From NCBI GenBank assembly GCA_038733315.1, contig JAVYPJ010000001.1:146770-210769 (forward strand): DNA of 64,000 bases. The letters are read 5' to 3'. This DNA is from Candidatus Aenigmatarchaeota archaeon. Lineage in GTDB: Archaea > Aenigmatarchaeota > Aenigmatarchaeia > CG10238-14 > SpSt-28. The translations under genes and the position numbers were made by a program. This document shows positions 49,979 through 59,973 of the stretch, in pieces. The stretch's first letter is position 1, and the number at the start of each line of letters is the position of its first letter. The notes beneath the pieces are model-generated. The model saw only the letters and a list, made by a program, of their open reading frames with translations, was not told where the DNA came from and did no database searches.

Positions 49979-50476
49979 ATGGATGAAAACTCAATGAGAA
50001 ATAAAATTTTCTTGGAAAAGGTTGTTATAAATTTTGGATGTGGTGGTGATTTAGAAAAGATTGAAAAATGTAAAAAATTATTGGAAAAGATGTTTCCGAA
50101 TAGAAAACCAGCAATAACATATTCTAAAAGAAGATCTACATTTGGAATTGCTAAGGGAAAACCCATAGGTGTTAGTATTACTTTAAGAGGGAAAGATGCT
50201 GAAGAGTTTGCAAAAAAAGTATTTAAAGTCTATGAAAATAAAATTCCTTCTAGTGTTTTCGATGATTACGGTAATTTCAGCTTAGGTGTTAAAAAATATA
50301 TAGATTTAGGGGTAAGGTACGAGCATACCATAGGATTATTAGGTATGGATTGTTGCTTTTCTTTAAGGAGGCCAGGATATAAATTAAAAAACGGAAAAAT
50401 TAGTAGAAAACAAAGAGTTACTAAGGAAGAAGCTATAAAATTTTTAAGAGAAAAATTTAAAGTCGAGGTTATATAA
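49979..50476 (+). CDS. rpl5: 50S ribosomal protein uL5
   Basis: KVVINFG, TLRG, FDDYGNFSLG, GMD, RPG. Confidence 0.95.
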   Translation: MDENSMRNKIFLEKVVINFGCGGDLEKIEKCKKLLEKMFPNRKPAITYSKRRSTFGIAKGKPIGVSITLRGKDAEEFAKKVFKVYENKIPSSVFDDYGNFSLGVKKYIDLGVRYEHTIGLLGMDCCFSLRRPGYKLKNGKISRKQRVTKEEAIKFLREKFKVEVI

Positions 50477-50507
50477 GAGATTTAAAGGTTAACTAACATT
50501 TTAAATT

Positions 50508-50708
50508 ATGTTCAGGGAAGAAGATATAATAAAAGAGGAAATAGCTGGTATAATAAACGCTTTTTTAATGGCAAAGATAAGGATAGAGGATAAAGAAGTT
50601 TTTGAAAGAATAGGTAAAAATCTAAATAGCGTAATAAGTAATGTTTTGGAAAAAGGATTTGTAGATGAAATAGATGCGCTAAGTATTTTTGGTTTTGTTG
50701 CATATTAA
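50508..50708 (+). CDS. small hypothetical protein between uL5 and uS14
   Basis: 66-aa ORF ending 2 nt before uS14. Confidence 0.55.
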   Translation: MFREEDIIKEEIAGIINAFLMAKIRIEDKEVFERIGKNLNSVISNVLEKGFVDEIDALSIFGFVAY

Positions 50709-50710
50709 TT

Positions 50711-50890
50711 ATGGACCCAGAGCTAAGAACACCATTTCCACCAAAAAAGAAGAGAGCTTGCGGAAGAGAAAGATTTAGATGTAGAAAGTGCAATTCAAAA
50801 AAAGGTATAATAAAAAAATATGGTATTTTATTGTGTAGAAAATGTTTTAGGGAAGAGGCTAAGAGAATAGGATTTATTAGGTTCAATTAA
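50711..50890 (+). CDS. rps14: 30S ribosomal protein uS14, zinc-binding (not in ORF track)
   Basis: MDPELRTPFPPKKKRACGRERFRCRKCNSKKGIIKKYGILLCRKCFREEAKRIGFIRFN. Confidence 0.93.
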   Translation: MDPELRTPFPPKKKRACGRERFRCRKCNSKKGIIKKYGILLCRKCFREEAKRIGFIRFN

Positions 50891-51144
50891 TCCTCTATTA
50901 TTACTTTTTTCATTAAAGCATAACCACTTAATCCCTCTCTAAATCTTACCAAGACTTTCCCTTTATTACCAAAAACTTTCGTTATTTTACCTATTTTTTT
51001 CTTTTTGTTTATTGTTAGTATAACTTTTTTGCCAATTAATTTTGCAGCGTCTTTTCTGTTGCTTATTCCATCTATTTCTAAAATTACTTGATTCGAATTC
51101 TTATTGTGGTTGCTTAACCTAAAATTCGTTATTACACCTTCCAT
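50887..51144 (-). CDS. rpl35ae: 50S ribosomal protein eL33 (L35Ae)
   Basis: NQVILEIDG, AAKLIGKKV, GKITKVFGNKG.VLVRF; start at MEGVITNF. Confidence 0.88.
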   Translation of the reverse strand: MEGVITNFRLSNHNKNSNQVILEIDGISNRKDAAKLIGKKVILTINKKKKIGKITKVFGNKGKVLVRFREGLSGYALMKKVIIED

Positions 51145-51166
51145 AAATTTAAAAAATATAAAATTT

Positions 51167-52396
51167 TTATTCTTTTTTGTTTTCAAAATTTTCTAAAACC
51201 TTAGCGACGTCTCTTATCATTAATCTAACGCTTTCTCTTAGCTTGTATATTTCTTCAAAATCTAATTTTTGATGCTCTCCTGATAGCAATATAGAATAAA
51301 TTTCTTCTAATCTATCTAATATTTGAGAGTAATCGCTAGAAATGTAACCTTTTTTTATGAAATTTTCTTTAAATGTTGGTATCAAATCTTTTTCGCTTAC
51401 CTCTAAATTCATAGATTTTAATGCTCTTCTCATAAGTTCCTTAGCAACATCTCTTGTTTTTAATGCTATTCCTTCTATTTTTTTAATCTCTAATATACTA
51501 AGCAACAAAATTGTTTTTTCAACAAACTTTTGAGACCTTTCAATCCATAAATCAACCTCTTCACCTTTTATTTCTCTTATTTCCTGATGTTCAATTTTTT
51601 TTCTTAATTCTACAATTTCTCTAATCCATTCCGCGTATTCTGCTTCTAAAAGCTTTTTATCTACCAATTCTTTTTTAAATTCTTCGTATAATTTAGATGG
51701 CGCTGGAGGTTGTTTACCTAGGAACATTAATAAAGCTTGTGCTGAGTTCACAATAGCATAATAACAATCTTCTGCTATTTGTAGCAATTTTACAGATTTT
51801 GCTCTTAAAACTTTTTTTGGAGCATCTTCAATATATTTTTCTATAGCCTCTCTTGTTAGTGGAATTTTTCCTGTAAGCCAAAGTTTTTTAAAACTTCTAA
51901 ACGTTCCATCATCTATTACTGCATAACCATCTTTTATAAAATTATAAACTATCGGATGTCCACTTCTTACATAGTCCCAAAATTCTGATAATCTATAACT
52001 TGGTTGTAAAGATATTAAGTTAACAACTTTTTCTTCATTAAGTATTTTATCTTTGACTTTTATTTTTGCTTCATCTACTAAATTAGATATTTTTTCTATT
52101 TCTCTATCTATTTCTTCTAAGTAGGAATCTAATAATCCATAAACTAGCTGATTTCCGCATCTTGGGCATTTTTCTATTTTGTCTTCTAAATCTATTACAT
52201 GTTCTAAATCTTTTTCACAGTGTTTTACAATCGTATCGTCGATTATTATTAAAATGTCTATATCACTCCTTTCCTTAAACTCTTCTCTTAGTGTAGAACC
52301 AAAGACTACAACACTTTTTATTAAATCTTTAAACCTATCTTTTACTAACCTTCCAAATTTTCTTGCTATTTCTATTCTTTGTTCCTTAGTTAACAT
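51167..52396 (-). CDS. minimal nucleotidyltransferase-HEPN fusion with zinc-ribbon-like insert
   Basis: VVFGS...SDIDILIIIDD; C...CPRCG insert; DCYYA HEPN helix; RKKIEH. Confidence 0.8.
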   Translation of the reverse strand: MLTKEQRIEIARKFGRLVKDRFKDLIKSVVVFGSTLREEFKERSDIDILIIIDDTIVKHCEKDLEHVIDLEDKIEKCPRCGNQLVYGLLDSYLEEIDREIEKISNLVDEAKIKVKDKILNEEKVVNLISLQPSYRLSEFWDYVRSGHPIVYNFIKDGYAVIDDGTFRSFKKLWLTGKIPLTREAIEKYIEDAPKKVLRAKSVKLLQIAEDCYYAIVNSAQALLMFLGKQPPAPSKLYEEFKKELVDKKLLEAEYAEWIREIVELRKKIEHQEIREIKGEEVDLWIERSQKFVEKTILLLSILEIKKIEGIALKTRDVAKELMRRALKSMNLEVSEKDLIPTFKENFIKKGYISSDYSQILDRLEEIYSILLSGEHQKLDFEEIYKLRESVRLMIRDVAKVLENFENKKE

Positions 52397-53196
52397 AATT
52401 TTGAAAACGTTTCTATAAAATCGTTTGTTATTTTTATTGCTTTATCTAGATAACTCCCATCAACTTCTTTTATTTCTTTATGTTCGATTTTTTTCCAAAG
52501 AGAATCTATTTCATTGTATTTTTCTAAATATTCTTTTGAAATTATTTTTTCTTCAATTAGCTTCTCTAAATATTGTGGTATGGTTTTTGGGTCTGGAATA
52601 TATTGATATTTTTTCATAATTACTGCTTGGATTATGTCTATTACGCAATACCTTAATTCAAATATAAGACTTTTTAAATCGTCTTTTATTTTTTCAAATC
52701 TTATAATCGATGACCTTTTTTTAACTTCTATAGCCTCTTCACTAGGCATTATTAAACCAAAATTTAACATTCTTTGTGTTGGTTTTAAAAAACCAGAATC
52801 GTAAATTATAAGACTATATCTTAAAAAGTTAACTAATTCCGGACTACCCTTAGATATTAAGTTCCAAAAATCAGTTATTTTTGTAGTTTGGACATGAAGC
52901 TCAAACTCCTCACCTCTAATTCTAATATTTGTTAATACAGATTCAATATCCTTAGAAGTTTTTAGAGAGGTGTCATCTACAATTATCCATACATCTATAT
53001 CGCTTGTAGGTTTCATTTTTCCCTTAGCTGCCGAACCAAAAATGCTTATCGATTTTATTAAATTTCCGTATTCTGATAGAACTCTCTTAGAGAAGCTAAT
53101 GACTTTTGGCAAAATTTTTTCTCTCAATTGATTTTTTTGTTCTTCGGTTTTTATTTCTAATTCTTCTAATTCTTTTTCTAACTCTTTCAATTCCAT
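52390..53196 (-). CDS. minimal nucleotidyltransferase-HEPN fusion (paralog)
   Basis: SIFGS...SDIDVWIIVDD, IIYDSGF, WKKIEH. Confidence 0.8.
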   Translation of the reverse strand: MELKELEKELEELEIKTEEQKNQLREKILPKVISFSKRVLSEYGNLIKSISIFGSAAKGKMKPTSDIDVWIIVDDTSLKTSKDIESVLTNIRIRGEEFELHVQTTKITDFWNLISKGSPELVNFLRYSLIIYDSGFLKPTQRMLNFGLIMPSEEAIEVKKRSSIIRFEKIKDDLKSLIFELRYCVIDIIQAVIMKKYQYIPDPKTIPQYLEKLIEEKIISKEYLEKYNEIDSLWKKIEHKEIKEVDGSYLDKAIKITNDFIETFSKLC

Positions 53197-53223
53197 AAAA
53201 TAATTAAAAAGTGATAGTAATAT

Positions 53224-53475
53224 ATGACAGTTAGTAAAGATTTGATAATAGAAAAATTAAAAGAAATTATCGATCCTGAATTAGGTTGTGATATAATATC
53301 GATGGGAATGATAAGTAAAATGAGGATTAAAGGTAATAAAGCATATATAAAAATAGTTCCTACATCCCCTTTTTGTCCTTTTATACATTTTTTTATAGAA
53401 ATGATAAAAAATAAGCTAAGAGAAATTGGAATAGAGGCAGAGGTTAAAGTTGATATAGAAAAATTTTTTGATTAG
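53224..53475 (+). CDS. DUF59/MIP18/SufT-like Fe-S assembly protein
   Basis: LKEIIDPELGCDIISMG, TSPFCP. Confidence 0.88.
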   Translation: MTVSKDLIIEKLKEIIDPELGCDIISMGMISKMRIKGNKAYIKIVPTSPFCPFIHFFIEMIKNKLREIGIEAEVKVDIEKFFD

Positions 53476-54161
53476 TTTTTTAAACAATTTGAAAGCATCT
53501 CTATAAAACTTTCCTCTGAGGGAATTTCAGATATCTCTTTTTCTATTCTACCTCTTTTTATTATTATTTTTGGATCGCTATTCATACTAATGTTAAACTT
53601 TTTAGCGAGTTCTGGGAACTGACTAACTTCTACTACAACACTTCTTAAATTTTTGTTTATAAATGCTGGTTTGTGAGATAAAAGAATTACTCGATGTGAT
53701 TTTGGACATATAGATGTTGTAAGTATTAGTATATCTATTTTTCTATTTATTTCGGATATCTTTTTGATTAAAGAATTTGGAAGTATTCTTGTATTTTCAG
53801 AAATAAATTTTAATTCTTCTATGAATGTATTGAATAGAAATCCTATCGGAAATCCTAGAAAAATTATGTTTGGATGTTTTAAGAAAGTTAGTATTGGTCC
53901 TTTTTTGATTGTTTTGGATAAAAAATTATATAACTTTAAAAAATCATTACTTTTTAATTCTTTAATATCTAAATATTTAAAACAAATGTTTTTATTTAGT
54001 TTCATCATTTCTATAGAGATGGTTTCTGCGATGTAAGAGGATTCGTAGTTTTTTTCGTAGTCCAATATCATTAGTATCTCTACTTTATTCTTTACTGTTC
54101 TTTCTAGAATTTTTTTAAATATTGTTTTTTCACTCTTTGTTAAAATGGTTGCTCTCTCCAT
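53472..54161 (-). CDS. protein disulfide oxidoreductase-like two-thioredoxin-fold protein, degenerate
   Basis: GFPIG linker, TSICPKS (CxxS), QFPELAKKFNI. Confidence 0.7.
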   Translation of the reverse strand: MERATILTKSEKTIFKKILERTVKNKVEILMILDYEKNYESSYIAETISIEMMKLNKNICFKYLDIKELKSNDFLKLYNFLSKTIKKGPILTFLKHPNIIFLGFPIGFLFNTFIEELKFISENTRILPNSLIKKISEINRKIDILILTTSICPKSHRVILLSHKPAFINKNLRSVVVEVSQFPELAKKFNISMNSDPKIIIKRGRIEKEISEIPSEESFIEMLSNCLKN

Positions 54162-54195
54162 AGAATATTTAATTATTGCTTCAACCCCTATATAT

Positions 54196-55407
54196 TTACA
54201 AATTTAGAATTGATAAAACGAAACTATAATAACCGGAATATATTAATATAGTTGGTAAAATGAGGCTACCCATTAAGTAACTTCTTTTAATGTTAGAAAA
54301 AATTGTTATTAAGGATAGAAAGAAAGAAGTCAGCAGAATTAAAACTCCTATAAGACCTGAAAAATAAAACACTATCAAAAAGATTAAAATAAATATTGAA
54401 ACATTTAGAATTTTAAAATTTATTTTTTGAAAAAACCTGAAAAGATTTTTATAAAAAAGTAAGAATAGAATGGATGAAAAGAAGGTAGAAATAGTGAAGA
54501 CAGAAAGCATTAAGATAAAAATTTCATATGTAGCTTTTCCAAACGTTTGTTCCAGATAAACGCTTAATCCACTTCTTGGATTTCCTATGGTATACGAAGA
54601 CGTCGCGGAAAAAATTTCGTTAGAAAAAGAAACTCCAGAATTTAGAAATATAAACATTCTGTCATTAAGAATTGGTTGAAAAATTAAAATTATTTGAGAT
54701 GTTCCTAAGGATGGTAACAATCCTGCAAACATTCCTAAAAACAAAGATAAGAAAATTCCTATTAATACACTCTTTTTATTTATCTTTATCTCAACATCCT
54801 CTTTTTGGATTTTCAAAAAATTCTCCTTTTGAATTAAATTTATAAATATTTGCGACATTGCAAAAAACCCGCTGAAAATAGCTAAAACAGCTTTATTGAA
54901 ATCTATTAAGTTAAACGAAATAAGACCTAAGAATCCGGATAATAAAAATATTATAAAACTTTTAGCTTTTTCCTTTTCCAAAAAGAAAATTATATATAAC
55001 ACTATTAACATTATTAGAGCTATGTAATCGCTTACTTTTAGTATTATTGATGAAATGTATTGATGTAAAAAAAGAGCGATGATTGTTGAAGTCGGAACTA
55101 CTAAAATTGCAGACAGAACATAAATCCTTAGAGCTTCTAACAATAGACCTTCTTTTGCGAGTCTTTGAGAGGGCAGTGTTGAAAGAGATAATTCTTCTGG
55201 TGGAGAAGATAAAAGATAGCTAGAAATCGCATTTCCAAAATTTTGGGAAATTGCTAGGGAAACAAGAAAAGTTATTGCTATAATTTCGTTTTGGAATAAA
55301 AATAGTAGGAAAACTGGAATTAATATGTTTTGATGTAGTGCTGGTACTAAGCCACTAAAAAATCCAATTATGCTACCTAAGAAGCAAAAGAGTATTATCT
55401 CAATCAT
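54196..55407 (-). CDS. TctA/DUF112 family membrane protein
   Basis: GLVPALH, LPSQRL, GLLPSLG, IGNPRSG; multi-TM. Confidence 0.82.
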   Translation of the reverse strand: MIEIILFCFLGSIIGFFSGLVPALHQNILIPVFLLFLFQNEIIAITFLVSLAISQNFGNAISSYLLSSPPEELSLSTLPSQRLAKEGLLLEALRIYVLSAILVVPTSTIIALFLHQYISSIILKVSDYIALIMLIVLYIIFFLEKEKAKSFIIFLLSGFLGLISFNLIDFNKAVLAIFSGFFAMSQIFINLIQKENFLKIQKEDVEIKINKKSVLIGIFLSLFLGMFAGLLPSLGTSQIILIFQPILNDRMFIFLNSGVSFSNEIFSATSSYTIGNPRSGLSVYLEQTFGKATYEIFILMLSVFTISTFFSSILFLLFYKNLFRFFQKINFKILNVSIFILIFLIVFYFSGLIGVLILLTSFFLSLITIFSNIKRSYLMGSLILPTILIYSGYYSFVLSILNL

Positions 55408-55777
55408 TTATAATCTTTATGTTTTTTGGGTTTTGTAAAATAATTTGTAGATTTTCTCTATATACACTTAAAATTCCTATAACTTCTATTTTCGCATCTT
55501 TATATATCTTATTCTCTATAAACTTGAAGACATTAGGAAAAATTGTTATTGTAAAGTTTTTAATACCATCAGAAATTATTATATAATTAACTTTTTCTTT
55601 TTTTATTATTTCGACAACACTTCCAGATACCCTAATTTTTCTACCTAAGAAATCTTCTGATATTTTACTAGGGGTTAGCTCTATAGGGATCTGTATATAA
55701 GAAAAGTATAATAGAATCGACATACCGATTATGAATGAGAGAAGTGAAAAAAATATTATTGTTTTTTCAAAATTCAT
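55400..55777 (-). CDS. membrane-anchored OB-fold protein
   Basis: N-terminal TM; GRKIRVSG, ISDG, IEVIG..SVYRENLQI. Confidence 0.75.
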   Translation of the reverse strand: MNFEKTIIFFSLLSFIIGMSILLYFSYIQIPIELTPSKISEDFLGRKIRVSGSVVEIIKKEKVNYIIISDGIKNFTITIFPNVFKFIENKIYKDAKIEVIGILSVYRENLQIILQNPKNIKIIND

Positions 55778-55810
55778 AATTTTATCTTATGATAAGAAGA
55801 ATTTTTATAT

Positions 55811-55882
55811 GGGCCGGTAGCTCAGTGGAAGAGCGCTCGCTTGGCATGCGAGAGGCCGCGGGTTCAAATCCCGCCCGGTCCA
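55811..55882 (+). tRNA. tRNA-Ala(GGC)
   Basis: GGGCCGG/CCGGTCC with G3-U70, CTCGC-TT-GGC-AT-GCGAG, GGTTCAAATCC. Confidence 0.97.
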
Positions 55883-55883
55883 A

Positions 55884-56294
55884 TTAGAATTTTATAATTT
55901 CATTAATTAAGCAGGGACAAACTCTTTTTACTCCTTTTAATGATGAAATTTTTTTGTGTAGCTCATTTATCTTATTTATATCTTCAGAGATTACTTCTAT
56001 TAATATTGTATGATCTCCGCTTGAAAGATATATAGTTACTATTTCCTTAATTTTTTTTAACTCATCTAAAACTTCAATCAGTTTTTCTGGCTCTACGTCT
56101 ATGCCAGTAATAGAAAAACACATGTTTGCTTTCTTGTAGTTTAAAATTGGTTTGTTTCCGAGTAATATGTTTTCTTCTTTTAGTTTTTGAATTTTTTTTC
56201 TCACGGCTACTTCAGAGACATTTAATCTTTTGGCAATTTCTTTTTTTGAAATTTTTTCTATAACTAGCATTTTTATTAAATCATTTTTTTCCAT
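55884..56294 (-). CDS. Lrp/AsnC family transcriptional regulator
   Basis: EIAKRLNVSEVAVRKKI HTH; SSGDH RAM domain; GVKRVCPC. Confidence 0.92.
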   Translation of the reverse strand: MEKNDLIKMLVIEKISKKEIAKRLNVSEVAVRKKIQKLKEENILLGNKPILNYKKANMCFSITGIDVEPEKLIEVLDELKKIKEIVTIYLSSGDHTILIEVISEDINKINELHKKISSLKGVKRVCPCLINEIIKF

Positions 56295-56323
56295 AAAAGA
56301 ATTTTGATTATAAATTTAAATAG

Positions 56324-56353
56324 TATTTTATCATAACGATAAAATATTTTATC
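56324..56353. promoter_or_regulatory. overlapping inverted repeats in the lrp/prx divergent promoter
   Basis: TATTTTATC-N5-GATAAAATA (56324-56346) and palindrome GATAAAATATTTTATC (56338-56353). Confidence 0.55.
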
Positions 56354-56393
56354 AAAAAGAAAAATATTTATATCTTTTTGTAATCATATATTT

Positions 56394-57056
56394 ATGCAAC
56401 AGGAAAACTGCTTAATAAGAATTGGAGAGAAGCTGCCAGAAATGAAAGTAATGACAACAGATGGTATAAAAAACTTACCAGATGACTATAAAGGAAAATG
56501 GTTAGTATTGTTTGCACATCCAGCAGATTTTACACCTGTATGCACTACAGAGTTTGTCGCTTTTCAGAAAAGGTATGAAGAATTCAAAAAATTAAATACA
56601 GAACTTTTAGGGTTAAGTATCGATCAAGTTTTTAGTCATATAAAATGGATAGAATGGATAAAAGAAAAGATAGGATTAGAAATAAAATTTCCTATAATAG
56701 CGGATGATTTGGGAGAGGTTTCAAAAAAACTAGGATTAATACATCCGGCAAAAGGGACCAATACGGTTAGAGCAGTTTTTATAATAGACCCAGAAGGTAC
56801 TGTAAGGGTAATACTATATTATCCGCAAGAGATAGGTAGAAACATCGATGAAATATTAAGGATTATCAAAGCTTTACAAACTAGCGATAAAAATAAAGTT
56901 GCTATTCCAGCAAATTGGCCAAACAATGAATTAATAGGGAGTAAAGTAATAATACCACCTCAAAAAACATTAGAAAATGCTAATTCAATGTTAGAAAAGA
57001 TAAAGAAGAAAGAAATAGAAGGTTTTGATTGGTGGTTTGCGTTTAAAGAAGTTTAA
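56394..57056 (+). CDS. peroxiredoxin (Prx6/archaeal type)
   Basis: [35 protein letters not shown]. Confidence 0.95.
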   Translation: MQQENCLIRIGEKLPEMKVMTTDGIKNLPDDYKGKWLVLFAHPADFTPVCTTEFVAFQKRYEEFKKLNTELLGLSIDQVFSHIKWIEWIKEKIGLEIKFPIIADDLGEVSKKLGLIHPAKGTNTVRAVFIIDPEGTVRVILYYPQEIGRNIDEILRIIKALQTSDKNKVAIPANWPNNELIGSKVIIPPQKTLENANSMLEKIKKKEIEGFDWWFAFKEV

Positions 57057-57064
57057 CTCTTTTT

Positions 57065-59914
57065 TTATTTTTTTATTTCTACAAAAATTTCTTCAAACTC
57101 AACACTTAATTTATCTTTATTCACATTTCCAAATTCTATTTTTGAATTTGTCTCCTTTTCAATGAATTCCATATTTTTTTCTATTAATTTCTTAGTCTCT
57201 TCATTTTTTACATTCAACACCAAACATATTTTTTCATCCACTTTTAGATTCTCTTTTTTTCTCAATTCTTGAATAGCTCTGGTAATTTCTCTTAGCAATC
57301 CAATCTCTTTTAGTTTTCTATCAATTTCTTTATTTAGATAAATAATATACTCATCAGCTTCAACCTTTTCATATATCTCTTTTTCTTCTATTCTCTCAGA
57401 AAAAACAATTTTTTGAACGTTGGTCAAAAGTAATATAATTCTTTTTACTTTCTTTACTTTTTTTATTTCTTCTTTCTTTGGAATTATTATAACTTCTTTC
57501 AGTGGCTGTCTAATTTTTATTTTTGCTTTGTTTCTAGCCTCTAAAATATCTTGTGAAATCTTTTTAGCGATTTCTACTAAGTTTTCTAGTTCATTATTAA
57601 TTAGAGATTTTTTTGGTTTTGGAAAGTCTTCTAGATGAATACTTTCTGAATTCTTTATTAAGCCTATTTCTTGGTAGAAATGTTCAGATAAAAACGGAGT
57701 TATAGGAGCTAGAAGTTTTAGCGATTTTTCAGCGGTTTCTAATAAAGTATACATAGCACCTTCTTTATCTTTACCTTCGTAATTAATCCAAACCCTATCT
57801 CTTATTAATTTAATGTAAAATCTAGATACTTCTTCAACTAGAAAATCAATTAGTTTTTTATTTAGTGTAAAGAGTTTATCTAATTTATAGTTTTTTAAAG
57901 CTTCGTTATATTGAAGAATTAGATTATTTAGTTTTGAGAGAATATACTTATCTTCTATTTTTAAGTGTTTTTTCTCTGCCTTTTTGTTTACATACATTTT
58001 TACAAAACTAAGAACATTTCTTATTATGTTAATTTTTCTATTGAGCTCTTCAATTTCTTTCCAATCAAAATAATAATCTTCCCATGGAAAACCAATAAGG
58101 AAAAATGCTCTTAATACATCTCTTCCATATTTTTCAATAACCTCTTCTGGAGCTACTATATTTCCCAAACTTTTACTCATTTTTCTTCCATGTGCGTCTA
58201 AAACAAAACCATGCATTATAATTCTTTTATATGGTGCTTGATCGAAAGTCATATAGCTAGTAATGATTTGTGAATTCCACCAACCTCTAATTTGATCTGG
58301 ACCTTCTATTTCTAATTGTACTGGCCAGAATTTTTTAAAGAGTTTTTTATTTTTATGTAAACCTATAGATGCCCAAGGGGCAACTCCGCTATCGAACCAA
58401 ACATCTAATACATCTTTAATTCTTTCCATCTCGCTTTTACATTTTTCACATTTTAGTTTTATTTGATCAATATATGGTCTATGTAAATCTTCTATTTTTA
58501 CTCCTAATTCTTCCATGCTACCAATTACTTTAATGTTTTTACAATTTTTACATTCCCAGATTGGTAATGGAATGCCCCAGTATCTTTGTCTAGAAATAGG
58601 CCAATCGGATAAGTTTTGTAGCCAATCTTTCATTCTATACTTTACAGCTTCTGGAAACCAATTAACTTTTTCATTTTCTTCTAATAGTTTATCTCTAAAC
58701 TCTGTAACTTTGAAAAACCATTGTTCTATGGTTATCATATATAGCTGGCTTTTGCATCTCCAGCATATAGGATAATCGTGTCTTATTTTTCCTTCTTTTA
58801 ATAAAGCATTTCTATCTTTTAGTAATTGTATTACCATTTGATTAACCTCTTTTATTTGTTTTCCTTTGAAAATACCAAAATTAAATGTTGCATCAATATT
58901 TACAGAGTTAATTATAGGTAAATTATATTCTTTACATACGCTATAATCTTCTTTTCCGTGTGCTGGTGCTGCATGAACTAAGCCGGTACCCTCTGTTAAA
59001 CTTACAAACCTTTCACTAAGAATCACTCTATATATCTTAGACTTATCGAACTCTAATAAATCGCTAAATGGATGCTCGTATTCATGTAACTCTAATTCTT
59101 TTCCTTCAAACTCTCTTATTACTTCATATTTCTCCCAATTTAATTCGTTTGCAACTTTTTCTAATAAATCCTTAGCAATTATATAGATTTTATCGTTAAC
59201 TTTAACTTCTGCATATATTGCGCTAGGTTTAATCATTATAGCTTCATTATCTATTAATGTCCATGGTGTAGTAGTCCATATTACTAAGAATTTATCTTGG
59301 TTTTTTAGCTTAAATGCTACATATATAGAGGGGTCTTCAACTTCTTCGTATTCTATTTCGTTATATGCCAAAACAGTTTCGCATCGAGGACAAACATGAA
59401 CAGGATAAAACCCTTTAAATAAATAACCCTTTTCAAAAGCTTTTTTGAATGTATACCATGCACCCTCTATATATTCGTTTGTTAAAGTTAAATATGGGTT
59501 TTCGAAGTTCATCCAAACACCTAGATTTTCGAATTGAGAGCTCATTATTCCTATAAACTGTGTTGCGAAGTTTTTAGCTTCTTTTATAAAGTTTTCTACT
59601 CCAAAAATTTCGATATCCTTTTTTGTTTTAAATCCTAATTTTTTTTCTACCTGATATTCTATTGGCAATCCATGAGTATCGTAGCCAGCTTGATCCCAAA
59701 CATTAAATCCAAACATTTTGTATATTCTAATGAAATAATCCTTTAAAATTTTATTTAGTGCAGTGCCCATATGGATATATCCAGTAGCATATGGAGGCCC
59801 ATCCAAAAAATAAAATATTTTTTTGTTTTTGAGCTTTTCTTTTTGTTTTAAATATATCTTGTTTTCTTTCCAAAAATTAAGGACTTTCTCTTCTAAGTTT
59901 TTAAATTGTGACAT
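57065..59914 (-). CDS. ileS: isoleucyl-tRNA synthetase
   Basis: DGPPYATG.HMGT, WTTTPWTL, GTGLVH, ISRQRYWGIP, DQIRGW, KMSKS. Confidence 0.96.
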   Translation of the reverse strand: MSQFKNLEEKVLNFWKENKIYLKQKEKLKNKKIFYFLDGPPYATGYIHMGTALNKILKDYFIRIYKMFGFNVWDQAGYDTHGLPIEYQVEKKLGFKTKKDIEIFGVENFIKEAKNFATQFIGIMSSQFENLGVWMNFENPYLTLTNEYIEGAWYTFKKAFEKGYLFKGFYPVHVCPRCETVLAYNEIEYEEVEDPSIYVAFKLKNQDKFLVIWTTTPWTLIDNEAIMIKPSAIYAEVKVNDKIYIIAKDLLEKVANELNWEKYEVIREFEGKELELHEYEHPFSDLLEFDKSKIYRVILSERFVSLTEGTGLVHAAPAHGKEDYSVCKEYNLPIINSVNIDATFNFGIFKGKQIKEVNQMVIQLLKDRNALLKEGKIRHDYPICWRCKSQLYMITIEQWFFKVTEFRDKLLEENEKVNWFPEAVKYRMKDWLQNLSDWPISRQRYWGIPLPIWECKNCKNIKVIGSMEELGVKIEDLHRPYIDQIKLKCEKCKSEMERIKDVLDVWFDSGVAPWASIGLHKNKKLFKKFWPVQLEIEGPDQIRGWWNSQIITSYMTFDQAPYKRIIMHGFVLDAHGRKMSKSLGNIVAPEEVIEKYGRDVLRAFFLIGFPWEDYYFDWKEIEELNRKINIIRNVLSFVKMYVNKKAEKKHLKIEDKYILSKLNNLILQYNEALKNYKLDKLFTLNKKLIDFLVEEVSRFYIKLIRDRVWINYEGKDKEGAMYTLLETAEKSLKLLAPITPFLSEHFYQEIGLIKNSESIHLEDFPKPKKSLINNELENLVEIAKKISQDILEARNKAKIKIRQPLKEVIIIPKKEEIKKVKKVKRIILLLTNVQKIVFSERIEEKEIYEKVEADEYIIYLNKEIDRKLKEIGLLREITRAIQELRKKENLKVDEKICLVLNVKNEETKKLIEKNMEFIEKETNSKIEFGNVNKDKLSVEFEEIFVEIKK

Positions 59915-59973
59915 ATTTAATTTTTTTGCTGTTAAAAAATAAAAAGCATATTTTTAGAGCAAAAATAATATTT

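Noticed and set aside
50512..50886. 124-aa minus-strand ORF
   Set aside because: It is the shadow of the real uS14 gene on the plus strand.
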